64,000 nt of DNA from an uncultured Candidatus Saccharibacteria bacterium (GCA_964621195.1 CAZULJ010000001.1:33200-97199), one strand, 5' to 3'. Positions 29,503 through 39,337 are shown, counted from the stretch's first letter. The notes: a model not told the origin generated them from the letters alone. A program made the numbers and translations.

Positions 29503-29529
29503 TTGTTGAACATCATTGTAACACAACAA
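29503..29529. promoter_or_regulatory. inverted repeat TTGTTG-N15-CAACAA (nested ATTGT..ACAAT) upstream of marR; candidate autoregulatory operator
   Basis: Palindromic arms read directly 16-42 nt upstream of the marR start codon on the coding side. Confidence 0.35.
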
Positions 29530-29613
29530 TATTTGATAGACAAATTAAAAAAGTTGTAGCATTTTAGTTATACTGGTATATTCAAAAAGATATAAATTAA
29601 AAGTTCTAAATCA

Positions 29614-30108
29614 ATGGAGATACCACAAGGAGCAAAGTTTGTATTTATTGCTGTACCACTAGTATTGATTGCATCACTATTAATATTTGTTTATATGGGT
29701 AAGGACAGAGAAGTTGATACCTTTACAGATTATGAAATGGAGCAAATCTCAAATGGAAAGGAGGTAGACGCTTTGAACGATTTTGATGAATTAGAAATTG
29801 AAACAACAAAGGAGGGTACTGGCCCTCAGGCTGTGGTAGGAGATACGGTTGTTGTTAACTATGAGGGTACACTAAAGGATGGAACTAAGTTTGACAGTTC
29901 ATATGACAGAAATTCACCATTCGAATTCACATTAGGTGAGAATATGGTGATTTCTGGTTGGGAAGAAGGTATAAAGGGAATGAGGGTTGGTGAAGAAAGA
30001 ACACTGAAGATTCCTTCATCACAAGGATATGGTTCATATGGTGCAGGTGATGTCATCCCTGCAAATGCTGGTTTAATTTTTAAGGTTGTTCTTTTAGAGA
30101 TTAAATAA
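29614..30108 (+). CDS. FKBP-type peptidyl-prolyl cis-trans isomerase, membrane-anchored
   Basis: N-terminal TM; FKBP domain GDTVVVNYEGTLKDGTKFDSSYDRNSPFEFTLGENMVISGWEEGIKGMRVGEERTLKIP. Confidence 0.85.
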   Translation: MEIPQGAKFVFIAVPLVLIASLLIFVYMGKDREVDTFTDYEMEQISNGKEVDALNDFDELEIETTKEGTGPQAVVGDTVVVNYEGTLKDGTKFDSSYDRNSPFEFTLGENMVISGWEEGIKGMRVGEERTLKIPSSQGYGSYGAGDVIPANAGLIFKVVLLEIK

Positions 30109-31561
30109 CCCCAAGAACCATTAAAGTTCCGATTAGAAGCATTAATGCACCTGCAACAAGGTGCATTTTTCTTACATTTCTCTCTTTCCAATCTTTTACA
30201 TCCTCTGCTTTCTTAGAACCTATATATACCAAAATTGTTACAATAATCATTGGAGATACGAAGACTAAGTTGTAAAGAAGTAACATTGGTATTGAAGCTA
30301 CAAAGCCTCCATCAGCTAACATTCCACCAAGAATAATGTATGGGCCTATGGTACATGGTAGTAAAAAGAGTGTAACAAAGAGTCCCATTCCAAATGCACC
30401 TGCAGGAGATGTTACTTTTGATATTATCTCGTTTACCTTTGGTCTTAAGAAAAGAGGCATCTCAGTACCAATACTACCCGGTTTGTACTTAAAGTAGTCC
30501 TTTAATTCCAGTATACCTAAAAGTATTGCCCCTACCCCTAATGCTTTGTAGATATACAGCTTAATAGAAGCTATTGATTGTACAAATTGGAAGGCAGTGA
30601 TTATTAAATATCCATACAGAAGGTACATAATTATTACAGCGAGAACAAAGGATAGACCTGCAAAAAGTATCTGCTTTCTATCTCCAGGATTGTAGGTAAC
30701 TATTGCAATGAGCATTAGAGCTAGAACTGAGATTGCACATGGGTTTACAGAGTCTGCTAAACCGAGCATGATAGTTTTCCATACAGATACTCCCCCAGCT
30801 TCATCGCCACTCTGTGTATCTCCATCGTTAACAATACCAGAATTGTTTTGAGTATCTTCGCCATTCCATTGTAATAACCAACCATTGACTTCTAATGCGT
30901 TATCAAAGGTCAATGAACCTCCTGAATATTCTAGTTTAGATGTTTTTACACTTTTACCATCTAAATCTTTTATCGCTTCGCTTATTTCCTTTGAGGATAT
31001 GAATTCCTTAATTTGTGTATTTTGTTCGTCCGTGAGTGTTCTTAAAGACTTCTTTATTGCAACCCTATCTTTTGCATAGAAAGTTGGATATCTCTCTAAG
31101 TCATTTAAATCAAGATCTTCAAATGATACTTCAGTACCATCTGATAGAAAGAGTGTATTAGGTTTTGCATTACTAATCATTTCATCCAATTTTCCCAAGA
31201 TAGGGGTATCTCCAGACTCTTTGCTTTCTCTATCAAACATGATCTGAGGAATTCCTAAGCTCAGATCGTACTCGTCAGCATATGAGGAGAGTGCTTGTGA
31301 GTTTGCAAGATTTTTGTATATTTCATATTCAACAAATACAAAGCCACCTTCGCTCACCTTTTTTAACAAAACAGGGGAAACTTTCGCACAGTGTGGACAC
31401 CCTATTCCACCAAAATATATTGCATATTTGTTTTCAGATACAGTTTCCTCTTGAGCGTATGTAAGATTCGTATTTAAGAAAGGTATGACAAGAAGTATAA
31501 ACAGGAGGATACTTTTTATTATTTTTTCCATTGGGCTTAACATTGTAATATTATATATCAA
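30101..31561 (-). CDS. thioredoxin-fold (DsbA-like CPHC) domain fused to a CcdA/DsbD-type transmembrane disulfide-transfer domain
   Basis: Signal peptide, then GGIGCPHCAKV (C-P-H-C active site); C-terminal polytopic region with the two conserved Cys of CcdA-type proteins (SVNPCAISVL, LLPCTIGPY); 486 aa. Confidence 0.6.
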   Translation of the reverse strand: MIYNITMLSPMEKIIKSILLFILLVIPFLNTNLTYAQEETVSENKYAIYFGGIGCPHCAKVSPVLLKKVSEGGFVFVEYEIYKNLANSQALSSYADEYDLSLGIPQIMFDRESKESGDTPILGKLDEMISNAKPNTLFLSDGTEVSFEDLDLNDLERYPTFYAKDRVAIKKSLRTLTDEQNTQIKEFISSKEISEAIKDLDGKSVKTSKLEYSGGSLTFDNALEVNGWLLQWNGEDTQNNSGIVNDGDTQSGDEAGGVSVWKTIMLGLADSVNPCAISVLALMLIAIVTYNPGDRKQILFAGLSFVLAVIIMYLLYGYLIITAFQFVQSIASIKLYIYKALGVGAILLGILELKDYFKYKPGSIGTEMPLFLRPKVNEIISKVTSPAGAFGMGLFVTLFLLPCTIGPYIILGGMLADGGFVASIPMLLLYNLVFVSPMIIVTILVYIGSKKAEDVKDWKERNVRKMHLVAGALMLLIGTLMVLGVI

Positions 31562-31579
31562 TCTACTTAAAGCGTTACT

Positions 31580-32743
31580 ATGAAAAACTTCGAGCTATCA
31601 CCTACACAATTAAAAATAACTGATAATATTTTAGATTGGTTTAGATCGTCTAAATGTCAGTATACCACACTAGGAGGTTACGCTGGAACTGGGAAAACTA
31701 CACTACTTGGATACGTAAGTGAATATCTCCACAAAGAGAACAAAAAGTTAAAGATTGCTTACTGTAGTTACACTGGTAAGGCAACTAGAGTATTAAATAG
31801 AAAATTAGTTGAGAGTAAATCCGTAAGCAATGATGATTTCATTGGTACAATTCACAGACTTATTTACAGAGCGATTGTAGATGATGATGACAATATAATT
31901 GGGTGGGAGAAAATTCCAGAGGAAGATTTTAAGTACAATCTGATAATTGTAGATGAGGCCTCTATGGTAACCGAAGATATTTGGAAGGATCTTTTAAGTT
32001 TTGATGTCCCTATCCTTGCAGTAGGTGATCATGGTCAATTACCACCTATAAATAGTAACTTCAACCTTATGTCTAAGCCAGATCTTACACTTGAAGAGAT
32101 ATATAGACAGGAAGCGCAAAATCCAATAATAAAAGTCTCTGAAATAGCTAGGAAGTATGGACACCTTCCTTTTGAGGAGTTCTCTAGAACAGTTAAAAAA
32201 ATGAGTAAAACAGAACCTGCGACTCAGGATACACTTAGAGATATATTCGAATCATACAATGATGATACTATGGTTCTATGTGGGTATAATCGAACAAGAA
32301 TCAATCTTAACAAAGCAATTAGGAGTTTACACTTTGAAACTGCGAATCCTCAAGTCGGAGATAGAGTAATTTGCTTAAAGAACAACCGGATAGTAGATAT
32401 CTTCAATGGGATGACAGGTACAATACTTGATATATCAAGAGAGGGTAAAGACTCTTTGGAGTACTATGATGCAGAAATAGCTCTTGATTATGAAGATCTG
32501 CCATTCTGGGGAAAGATCTCCATTGAACAGTTTAACTCTGTAGATCTAATTGAAAAGAAAATTCCTGAACTTAACTATTTTGACTTTGGATATGCTTTAA
32601 CTGTTCACAAAGCACAAGGCAGTCAAGCAAAGAGGGTTGTACTGTTTGAAGAAAGGTTTTCAAAGATGGATGATGATACCTTTAGAAGATGGTTGTATAC
32701 AGCTGTAACAAGAGCAGAAGAAGAGCTATATATTGTAGCTTAA
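31580..32743 (+). CDS. RecD/PIF1-like ATP-dependent DNA helicase
   Basis: Walker A GYAGTGKTT, Walker B LIIVDEASMV, motif III LAVGDHGQLPPI, C-terminal LTVHKAQGSQAKRVVL; 387 aa. Confidence 0.75.
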   Translation: MKNFELSPTQLKITDNILDWFRSSKCQYTTLGGYAGTGKTTLLGYVSEYLHKENKKLKIAYCSYTGKATRVLNRKLVESKSVSNDDFIGTIHRLIYRAIVDDDDNIIGWEKIPEEDFKYNLIIVDEASMVTEDIWKDLLSFDVPILAVGDHGQLPPINSNFNLMSKPDLTLEEIYRQEAQNPIIKVSEIARKYGHLPFEEFSRTVKKMSKTEPATQDTLRDIFESYNDDTMVLCGYNRTRINLNKAIRSLHFETANPQVGDRVICLKNNRIVDIFNGMTGTILDISREGKDSLEYYDAEIALDYEDLPFWGKISIEQFNSVDLIEKKIPELNYFDFGYALTVHKAQGSQAKRVVLFEERFSKMDDDTFRRWLYTAVTRAEEELYIVA

Positions 32744-32773
32744 TTTCTTTCTGTTTTAGGGATATAATTAGGT

Positions 32774-33541
32774 ATGATTTTAACAAAGCCTAAAGATGAG
32801 AAACTGCTAAGAGAAGCCTCCGATCTTTCAGTAAAGATATTAAAGAAATTGGGAGAGGATCTTAGAGTTGGTATTACACCTCTTGAAATAGATAGAAGAG
32901 CTGGATTTCTTTGTAAGGAGTATAACGTACAACCGGCATTTAAAAGAGTTGAGGGTTACAATTACAACACCTGTATTTCCGTAAACGATGTTGCTGTACA
33001 TGGTATTCCAAAGGACATACCCTTAAAGAATGGAGACTTCGTTTCTATAGATTTTGGAATAATTAATAAAGGACTCTATACAGATCATTGTTGGACATGG
33101 AGTATTGGTAAACCAAATGCAAAGAATATTAAATTACTTAATACTGGGAGAGAAGCTGTTGAGAGCTGTATTCCTCTTGCAGTAGTTGGTAATCATACTG
33201 GTGATTTAGGATATCAGATGGAGAGTGTTGCAAAGAAAAATGGTTTTAATGTTTTGAAGATGTTTGTAGGTCATGGTATAGGAAAAACATTGCATGATTT
33301 ACCAGATATTCCCGCATATGGTAGAAAAGGGAAAGGTACACTACTTGTAGATGGTATGGTGATTTGTATTGAGTGTCAGGTTGTAGATGATACTGGTGAG
33401 GTAGAGATAGACAAAGATGGGTGGTCTGCAAAAACTCGTAATGGTGGTAACTCTGTAATGTTTGAGTATATGGTAATTGTAAGAAAGGATAACCCGGATA
33501 TCCTTACAGATACTAGAGATTGGAGCATATCTGTAGTATAA
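32774..33541 (+). CDS. map: type I methionine aminopeptidase
   Basis: Pita-bread fold metal ligands (D..D, HGIG, E, E) in a 255-aa protein. Confidence 0.85.
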   Translation: MILTKPKDEKLLREASDLSVKILKKLGEDLRVGITPLEIDRRAGFLCKEYNVQPAFKRVEGYNYNTCISVNDVAVHGIPKDIPLKNGDFVSIDFGIINKGLYTDHCWTWSIGKPNAKNIKLLNTGREAVESCIPLAVVGNHTGDLGYQMESVAKKNGFNVLKMFVGHGIGKTLHDLPDIPAYGRKGKGTLLVDGMVICIECQVVDDTGEVEIDKDGWSAKTRNGGNSVMFEYMVIVRKDNPDILTDTRDWSISVV

Positions 33542-33567
33542 TGTCTGAAGGTTTTTATACCGATTAG

Positions 33568-33595
33568 TCCCACTATTGTGGGATTTGTTCTTTAA
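33568..33595 (+). terminator. rho-independent terminator after map
   Basis: tCCCAC-tatt-GTGGGa hairpin followed by TTTGTTCTTT. Confidence 0.5.
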
Positions 33596-33676
33596 AAGAT
33601 CTGTTGCGTATTCCATCTGGTTGGTTCATATCTGATATCTACCCTGAGTAGATGTTATATACGAATCAACCACACT

Positions 33677-34057
33677 GTGTGGAATATTGAAAAGGAGATG
33701 AAGGAAATGAGTAAGCACTCTGCAACTCTTTTACTGGTGTTCGTACTTGGTCTGGGTATAATAATTGGATTGGCAGTGCTTAATCACTACACTAGCCAAA
33801 ACATACAAGCTGGAGAAGCAAAGGGCTCAGCAATTATATCCACGATGTCTCAGACGGGAACCTTTTCCTGGACTAGCGATGAGTACAAACTCGTTGCTGT
33901 TGTTAACTGCAAGGGTGTTAAAACCTTTGTGGAAAGACTTGGGAAAAGGTTTTCTTCAGAGTTCACCAACTGCAGCTATGAAATGGCTCAGGACATTCGT
34001 TTGGTTCCCCAAGGGGATCCATGGTCAGAGGAGGGCTTTGTCACTTTCACTCGTTGA
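33677..34057 (+). CDS. small membrane-anchored protein in a GC-elevated island
   Basis: 126-aa ORF with one N-terminal TM (ATLLLVFVLGLGIIIGLAVL), two Cys and repeated CTG/GGC codons that are rare elsewhere in the window; an overlapping ORF at 33765..34088 is an alternative reading, so the coding status is uncertain. Confidence 0.35.
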   Translation: MWNIEKEMKEMSKHSATLLLVFVLGLGIIIGLAVLNHYTSQNIQAGEAKGSAIISTMSQTGTFSWTSDEYKLVAVVNCKGVKTFVERLGKRFSSEFTNCSYEMAQDIRLVPQGDPWSEEGFVTFTR

Positions 34058-34093
34058 ACAGATCGTTAAGAGGGTATCTTCCACTTAGACGAC

Positions 34094-35008
34094 CTAAGAA
34101 TACATACTCTTAATTATTGGTAATATTTGCTTCTTTCTGCTAACTACATTAGAAAGAATTACAGTATTGTTAATAATTTTCTCTTGTAAGGCTATACTAA
34201 ACAGTTCCAGATCTTTACCTACTACTAGAAGTTTACATTCATTCTTTAAAATATCTGTAATCATAGCAATCCTCAAATTAACAAGATCTCTTCTATTTAG
34301 TTCTTCTAAGAGAGTCTTTTCATCAATACTATCACTATCTCTGGTCTCAATCTGACTAATCACTATCCTTTTTCCATTAATCACTACCTCTTTCATATCC
34401 ATTTCTAAAATATCCTTGGGTGTCATAGAGGACCATTGATCTTTCCTAGAGAAGATTTCCTCTACAAATTCCTTTAGATCCCCTATTCCACTAATATCCG
34501 CAAGTGTATAGAGCATATCAGTATCTAGTGCAGTAGTTGTTGGAGATTCTAAATTCAACGTATCATCAACTATTGCTGCGAGAAGAATGGATGAGATATT
34601 TTTTGGTATCTCAATTCCTGATCCAACAATCATCTCTGTTACTAAGGTTGATGTAGAACCACACTCTCGAATATGTATTTTTTCTGGGATAATATCCTCT
34701 AATTTAACATCATGGTGATCTATTACTTCCAATATCTTTGCCTCTTCCCAACCCTTTGGTCTACTTTCTGGATATGTATGGTCTACAAGTACCAGATTCA
34801 TACCAGAAACATTAGGTATATACTCTGGTAGTCTAGTATCAAAAGCTTTAAAAACCCAATCTGTTAATGGGTTAACATTGTCACATCGTATTGCGTAATA
34901 GTTAAAGAAACCTTGGGAGTTCATAAATGCCTGATAACCTAGAGCTGAGGCTATTGAATCTAAATCAGGTCTTGTATGTCCAACAATATATACTTTTTCC
35001 TTTGTCAT
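34094..35008 (-). CDS. ppaC: manganese-dependent (family II, DHH-DHHA2) inorganic pyrophosphatase
   Basis: VYIVGHTRPDLDSIASALGY, LEVIDHHD, and C-terminal NTVILSNVVSRKKQILPII closely matching the family II PPase C-terminus (GVVSRKKQVVPVL in the Bacillus enzyme). Start placed at the internal Met (MTKEKVYIVGH) because the longer ORF would overlap the divergent trxB start. Confidence 0.8.
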   Translation of the reverse strand: MTKEKVYIVGHTRPDLDSIASALGYQAFMNSQGFFNYYAIRCDNVNPLTDWVFKAFDTRLPEYIPNVSGMNLVLVDHTYPESRPKGWEEAKILEVIDHHDVKLEDIIPEKIHIRECGSTSTLVTEMIVGSGIEIPKNISSILLAAIVDDTLNLESPTTTALDTDMLYTLADISGIGDLKEFVEEIFSRKDQWSSMTPKDILEMDMKEVVINGKRIVISQIETRDSDSIDEKTLLEELNRRDLVNLRIAMITDILKNECKLLVVGKDLELFSIALQEKIINNTVILSNVVSRKKQILPIIKSMYS

Positions 35009-35108
35009 GTAGGCAGTACTAATGTATGAACAAATGATATCAAATATTGGGGGAATTAACCAAATGTATGGTAAAATATGAATCGGATAATTTGAGTATC
35101 TAAGTATT

Positions 35109-36074
35109 ATGCCTGATACATTAAACAAAGTTTACGATATAGCAATAATTGGTAGTGGACCAGCGGGATTTTCAGCAAGTATATATGCTAGTAGATACAA
35201 ATTAAGCAATATTGTCTTTGGAAGATTACTTGGTGGAACAATATCAGAGGCACACAAGGTTTGTAACTATCCAGGAGTAACAGATATTAGTGGATTAGAT
35301 TTAGGTATGAAGTTTTTTGAACAGGCAAAGGATCTCGGTGGAGAGTACTCTGCAGAGCATATTGTTACAATTAAAAAAGAGGGTGGTATTTTCAAACTTA
35401 CATCAGATTCTAACAAGGAATATGTTGCCAAAACAGTAGTACTTGGTATTGGTACAAACAGAAACAAATTAAACCTTAAGGATGAAGATAGATTCTTAGG
35501 AAAGGGAGTCTCCTATTGTGCAACTTGCGATGCGATGTTTTATAGAGACAGGGTTGCAATTGTTGTAGGGGGTAGTAATGCTGCAACTATGGCAGCCTCT
35601 ATGCTCTCTGATATTGCTAAGAAGGTGTACTTGATATACAGGGGGACAGAGTTGAAGGGTGAACCTATGTGGATTGAACAGGTAGAAGCGAAGGAGAATA
35701 TTGAGATAATCTATACAACTATACTTGTTGCTTTAGAAGGTGAAGAGAAATTGGAAAGGGTTAAGCTTTCTAGACCATATAATGGTTCTGAATATATCGA
35801 AACTGATGGTGTATTTGTTGAGATTGGCTCAGTACCTAATGTTGATCTTGCAAACAGTCTAGGGCTTGAATTAGATGACAAGAAATATATTAAGGTGAAT
35901 GAGGATCAGAGTACAAGTTTAGAGGGTGTATGGGCTGCAGGAGACTGTACTAGTGCATCTAATAGGTTTAGACAGGTAATAACCGCTGCATCTGAAGGGT
36001 CCATTGCTGCAAACTCTATCTTCTCCTATTTAAAGCAGGGAAAAGCATGTGGTAATGCCACAGAGATATATTAA
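35109..36074 (+). CDS. trxB: thioredoxin-disulfide reductase
   Basis: FAD motif IIGSGPAG, redox-active CATCDA, NAD(P)H motif VVGGSNAA; 321 aa. Confidence 0.9.
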   Translation: MPDTLNKVYDIAIIGSGPAGFSASIYASRYKLSNIVFGRLLGGTISEAHKVCNYPGVTDISGLDLGMKFFEQAKDLGGEYSAEHIVTIKKEGGIFKLTSDSNKEYVAKTVVLGIGTNRNKLNLKDEDRFLGKGVSYCATCDAMFYRDRVAIVVGGSNAATMAASMLSDIAKKVYLIYRGTELKGEPMWIEQVEAKENIEIIYTTILVALEGEEKLERVKLSRPYNGSEYIETDGVFVEIGSVPNVDLANSLGLELDDKKYIKVNEDQSTSLEGVWAAGDCTSASNRFRQVITAASEGSIAANSIFSYLKQGKACGNATEIY

Positions 36075-36580
36075 TTCCCTTTAGAATTAACAAAATCTAC
36101 CCACTCTTGTAGATAGTTTGAGCTTGACCAAACCTTCTCCTTACCTACTCCATACTCTATATGTCCTCCATATGACTCAATGAGGTCCGCTTCTACTTTT
36201 AATCCACTGTTAGGATCATTTCTATCTTTATCATTTCTATCACCTCCTTTAGTAAATACATCTGGCCTAATAACTTCCAGAACCTCAGCACAGTTTGTAG
36301 CATTTGGATTCTCATGTATTACAACATAATCAACACCTTTAAGAGCATCCACTATTTCAGCCCTATCCTTTGCTGGTATAAAGGGTTTTCCTTTCTTGTT
36401 AATACACCTACTATCTCCGTCTACAATGACAAAAAGGATATCTCCGAATTTTTTTGATTCCGTAATACACGACACATGGCCTGGATGAATTGGATCAAAA
36501 TATCCTGAAGTACAAACTATACTTTTTCCTTTTAGTAGAGTTTCCTTTAGTTTGGGGATTTCGCTGAGTTGAATGATCAT
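36071..36580 (-). CDS. cytidylyltransferase-like nucleotidyltransferase (HxGH family)
   Basis: TSGYFDPIHPGHV (H-x-G-H motif of RfaE-II/TagD-like enzymes); 169 aa. Confidence 0.65.
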   Translation of the reverse strand: MIIQLSEIPKLKETLLKGKSIVCTSGYFDPIHPGHVSCITESKKFGDILFVIVDGDSRCINKKGKPFIPAKDRAEIVDALKGVDYVVIHENPNATNCAEVLEVIRPDVFTKGGDRNDKDRNDPNSGLKVEADLIESYGGHIEYGVGKEKVWSSSNYLQEWVDFVNSKGN

Positions 36581-36793
36581 TAATCTTTTCTAAAACGTTA
36601 GTGTAGATTTAACCAGAGAGATACACTTCTGTCAACACAATTTAATATCAATCCTATATTTTGCATATTTCAACCTGTAGTACTTTTCTCTTTTTGCACA
36701 TACAACGTATTGTGGGCTATAACTCAAAGTTTGCAAACTACAGGACTTTGACGAACACAACGGACTGGGGTAGCCTGAATTACTAAGTACAAC

Positions 36794-37249
36794 ATGTTGT
36801 GGTTAATGAGATGTCCATACTGTGCCTGTACGACCTCTAAGGTCGTAGACAAAAGAGATAATACGGATGACTTCTCTACAAGAAGGAGGAGGCAGTGTCT
36901 TAGATGTGGAAGAAGGTATACTACATACGAGAGAATTGAGAAAGTAGATATTGTTGTAGTTAAAAAGGATGGCTCTTTAGAAAATTTTGACTCTAACAAG
37001 CTGAAGAAGGGAATAAAGAAAGCTGTTGATTTACAAAGGATAACAGAGGAAGAAATTGATCTTTTTTGTGAAGAGGTAGAGAGAAAAGTAATGGTGAGTA
37101 CAAACCCACTCTCTACTACAGATATAGGGAATATGGTTCTTGAGTGGCTAAGAGCATTAGATCCATTAGCATACATGAGATTTGCTAGTGTATATAAAGA
37201 CTTTGAGACACTTAAGGATTTAAAAAAAGAACTTGAAGATTTAATTTAA
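36794..37249 (+). CDS. nrdR: transcriptional repressor NrdR
   Basis: N-terminal zinc ribbon MRCPYCACTTSKVVDKRD...RRRRQCLRCGRRYTTYERIE followed by an ATP-cone; 151 aa; 12 nt upstream of nrdD. Confidence 0.9.
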   Translation: MLWLMRCPYCACTTSKVVDKRDNTDDFSTRRRRQCLRCGRRYTTYERIEKVDIVVVKKDGSLENFDSNKLKKGIKKAVDLQRITEEEIDLFCEEVERKVMVSTNPLSTTDIGNMVLEWLRALDPLAYMRFASVYKDFETLKDLKKELEDLI

Positions 37250-37261
37250 AATAGAACTGCC

Positions 37262-39319
37262 ATGCCTACTGCCAGTACTACTGTTAATTTTAAGGTAAAG
37301 AAGAGAGATGGTCGATTAGTTGATTTCGACCAGGAGAGAATAACTACGGGCGTATTTAAGGCCGCAGAGAGTGTTGGTGGGCATGATAGAGATAGGGCTC
37401 AAGAAGTTTCAGATGAGATAGTAAAAAGGTTAGCTAAAAAGCATAGTGAAGAAAAGTATGTATCTGCAAATGAGATTGCAAAGGTTGTAAAAGAGACCCT
37501 TAAAGAGATGGGACATGGTAAAACTGCTGTTGCTTTTGAACTTTTTGTTGATCTAAAGAACAAGGTAAAGAATATCAAATCCTTGATAGATGCAGAGTCA
37601 TTAGTAAAGGGATATATAAAGGAGGAGGACTGGAGAGTCAAAGAGAACAGCAATATGGCTTACTCTTGGCAGGGTCTTAATAATCATATTTCTTCATCTG
37701 TACAAGCAAACTATTGGTTGTATACCATATATCCTAAACATATCTCCAATGCACATATTAATGCAGATATACATATTCATGACTTAGGTATGTTAGCAAC
37801 ATACTGTTGTGGGTGGGATCTTAAGGATCTCCTAGTAAAAGGGTTTACAGGTGTACCTGGGAAGATTTCCTCTGGCCCTGCAAAGCATTTTGGTGCAGCA
37901 CTTGGACAGTGTGTAAACTATCTTTACACCCTTCAGCACGAAGCAGCTGGTGCCCAAGCATTCTCTAGTTTTGACACCCTACTCGCTCCATTCATCAGAT
38001 ATGACAAACTTTCGTATAAAGAGGTAAAACAGAAGATCCAGGAGTTCCTCTTTAATATGAATGTGCCTACAAGAGTTGGATGTCAGACACCATTTACAAA
38101 CATTACTATGGACCTTATACCCCATGGTATGTTAGCAAATGAGAATGTAATAATTGGTGGTAAGCCACAAAAAGAGAAGTATGGTGATTTCCAGAAGGAG
38201 ATGGACATGTTAAACAAGGCCTTCTGTGAAGTTATGATGGAAGGTGATGCTCAAGGTAGACTATTTTCATATCCGATACCAACTTACAACCTAACAAAAG
38301 ATTTTGATTGGGAGAGTCCTAAATACAAACCTTTATGGGAAATGACTGCAAAATACGGCATCCCTTACTTTTCCAACTTTATTAACTCCGATATGAGTCC
38401 CGATGATGCAAGATCTATGTGCTGCAGATTAAGACTTGATAACAGGGAGCTTAGAAAGAGAGGTGGTGGACTTTTTGGTGCAAATCCTCTTACTGGGAGT
38501 ATTGGTGTAGTAACGATAAATATGCCTAGGATTGGGTACTTAGCGACTGATGAGAAAGATTTCTTTAATAGGTTGGACGAATTAATGGAGATTGCAAAGG
38601 AGAGTTTAATGATTAAACGTGCGAATATAGAGAAATATATGGAAATGGGATTGTATCCATACTCCAAATTCTACTTAGCTGATGTTAAAGAAAGATTTGG
38701 TGAATACTTTAAGAATCACTTCAATACGATAGGGATATTGGGTCTTAATGAGGCATTAGTGAATTTCCTTGGAAAAGATATTACTACAAAGGGAGGAAGA
38801 GAGTTTGGTCTTAAGGTTATGGATTACATGAGAGAGAAGCTAATGACATATCAGATTGATGAGAATCAATTGTTTAACTTAGAAGCTACACCGGGTGAGA
38901 GTACTACGTATAGATTTGCGAAAGCAGATAAGGCTAAGTTTGGGGATGATATAATAGCGGCTTCTGATATAGGAAAGAAGAACGGTTCTGCGCCATACTA
39001 TACAAATTCTTCTCAATTGCCTGTCGGTTTTACAGATGATGTTTTTGAAGCATTAGATAACCAGGATGATTTTCAATGTAAATATACTGGAGGTACTGTT
39101 TTGCATATATTCTTAGGTGAAAGAATGCCCTCTATAAACAGTGTAAAGAATTTCGTAAAGAAGGTTGCCGAGAACTACAAACTCCCATACTTTTCTATTA
39201 CACCAACGTTTAGTGTCTGTCCAAAGCATGGCTATATGCCGGGCGAGCATGTGTACTGTCCGAAGTGTGATACTGAATCCGGCTATATAGACGGAATGCA
39301 GTTTGATGAAGCTATTTAA
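37262..39319 (+). CDS. nrdD: anaerobic ribonucleoside-triphosphate reductase (class III), ending at an in-frame TAA before the glycyl-radical segment
   Basis: N-terminal ATP-cone, class III RNR core, C-terminal zinc-ribbon Cys pair CPKCD; the glycyl-radical motif is absent from this ORF and lies in the next in-frame ORF. Confidence 0.85.
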   Translation: MPTASTTVNFKVKKRDGRLVDFDQERITTGVFKAAESVGGHDRDRAQEVSDEIVKRLAKKHSEEKYVSANEIAKVVKETLKEMGHGKTAVAFELFVDLKNKVKNIKSLIDAESLVKGYIKEEDWRVKENSNMAYSWQGLNNHISSSVQANYWLYTIYPKHISNAHINADIHIHDLGMLATYCCGWDLKDLLVKGFTGVPGKISSGPAKHFGAALGQCVNYLYTLQHEAAGAQAFSSFDTLLAPFIRYDKLSYKEVKQKIQEFLFNMNVPTRVGCQTPFTNITMDLIPHGMLANENVIIGGKPQKEKYGDFQKEMDMLNKAFCEVMMEGDAQGRLFSYPIPTYNLTKDFDWESPKYKPLWEMTAKYGIPYFSNFINSDMSPDDARSMCCRLRLDNRELRKRGGGLFGANPLTGSIGVVTINMPRIGYLATDEKDFFNRLDELMEIAKESLMIKRANIEKYMEMGLYPYSKFYLADVKERFGEYFKNHFNTIGILGLNEALVNFLGKDITTKGGREFGLKVMDYMREKLMTYQIDENQLFNLEATPGESTTYRFAKADKAKFGDDIIAASDIGKKNGSAPYYTNSSQLPVGFTDDVFEALDNQDDFQCKYTGGTVLHIFLGERMPSINSVKNFVKKVAENYKLPYFSITPTFSVCPKHGYMPGEHVYCPKCDTESGYIDGMQFDEAI

Positions 39320-39337
39320 TATTTTACTGTCCATATT

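Noticed and set aside
33600-34092. tmRNA or RNase P RNA hypothesis for the GC-rich island
   Set aside because: No tRNA-like 3' domain, no ...LAA-type tag reading frame, and no P4 GGAAAGUCCGG-like motif on either strand. Kept as a compositional anomaly instead.
34094-35128. 344-aa version of the pyrophosphatase ORF starting at 35128
   Set aside because: The extra 40 N-terminal residues would overlap the divergent trxB start and lack similarity. The internal Met (MTKEKVYIVGH) reproduces the canonical family II PPase N-terminus.
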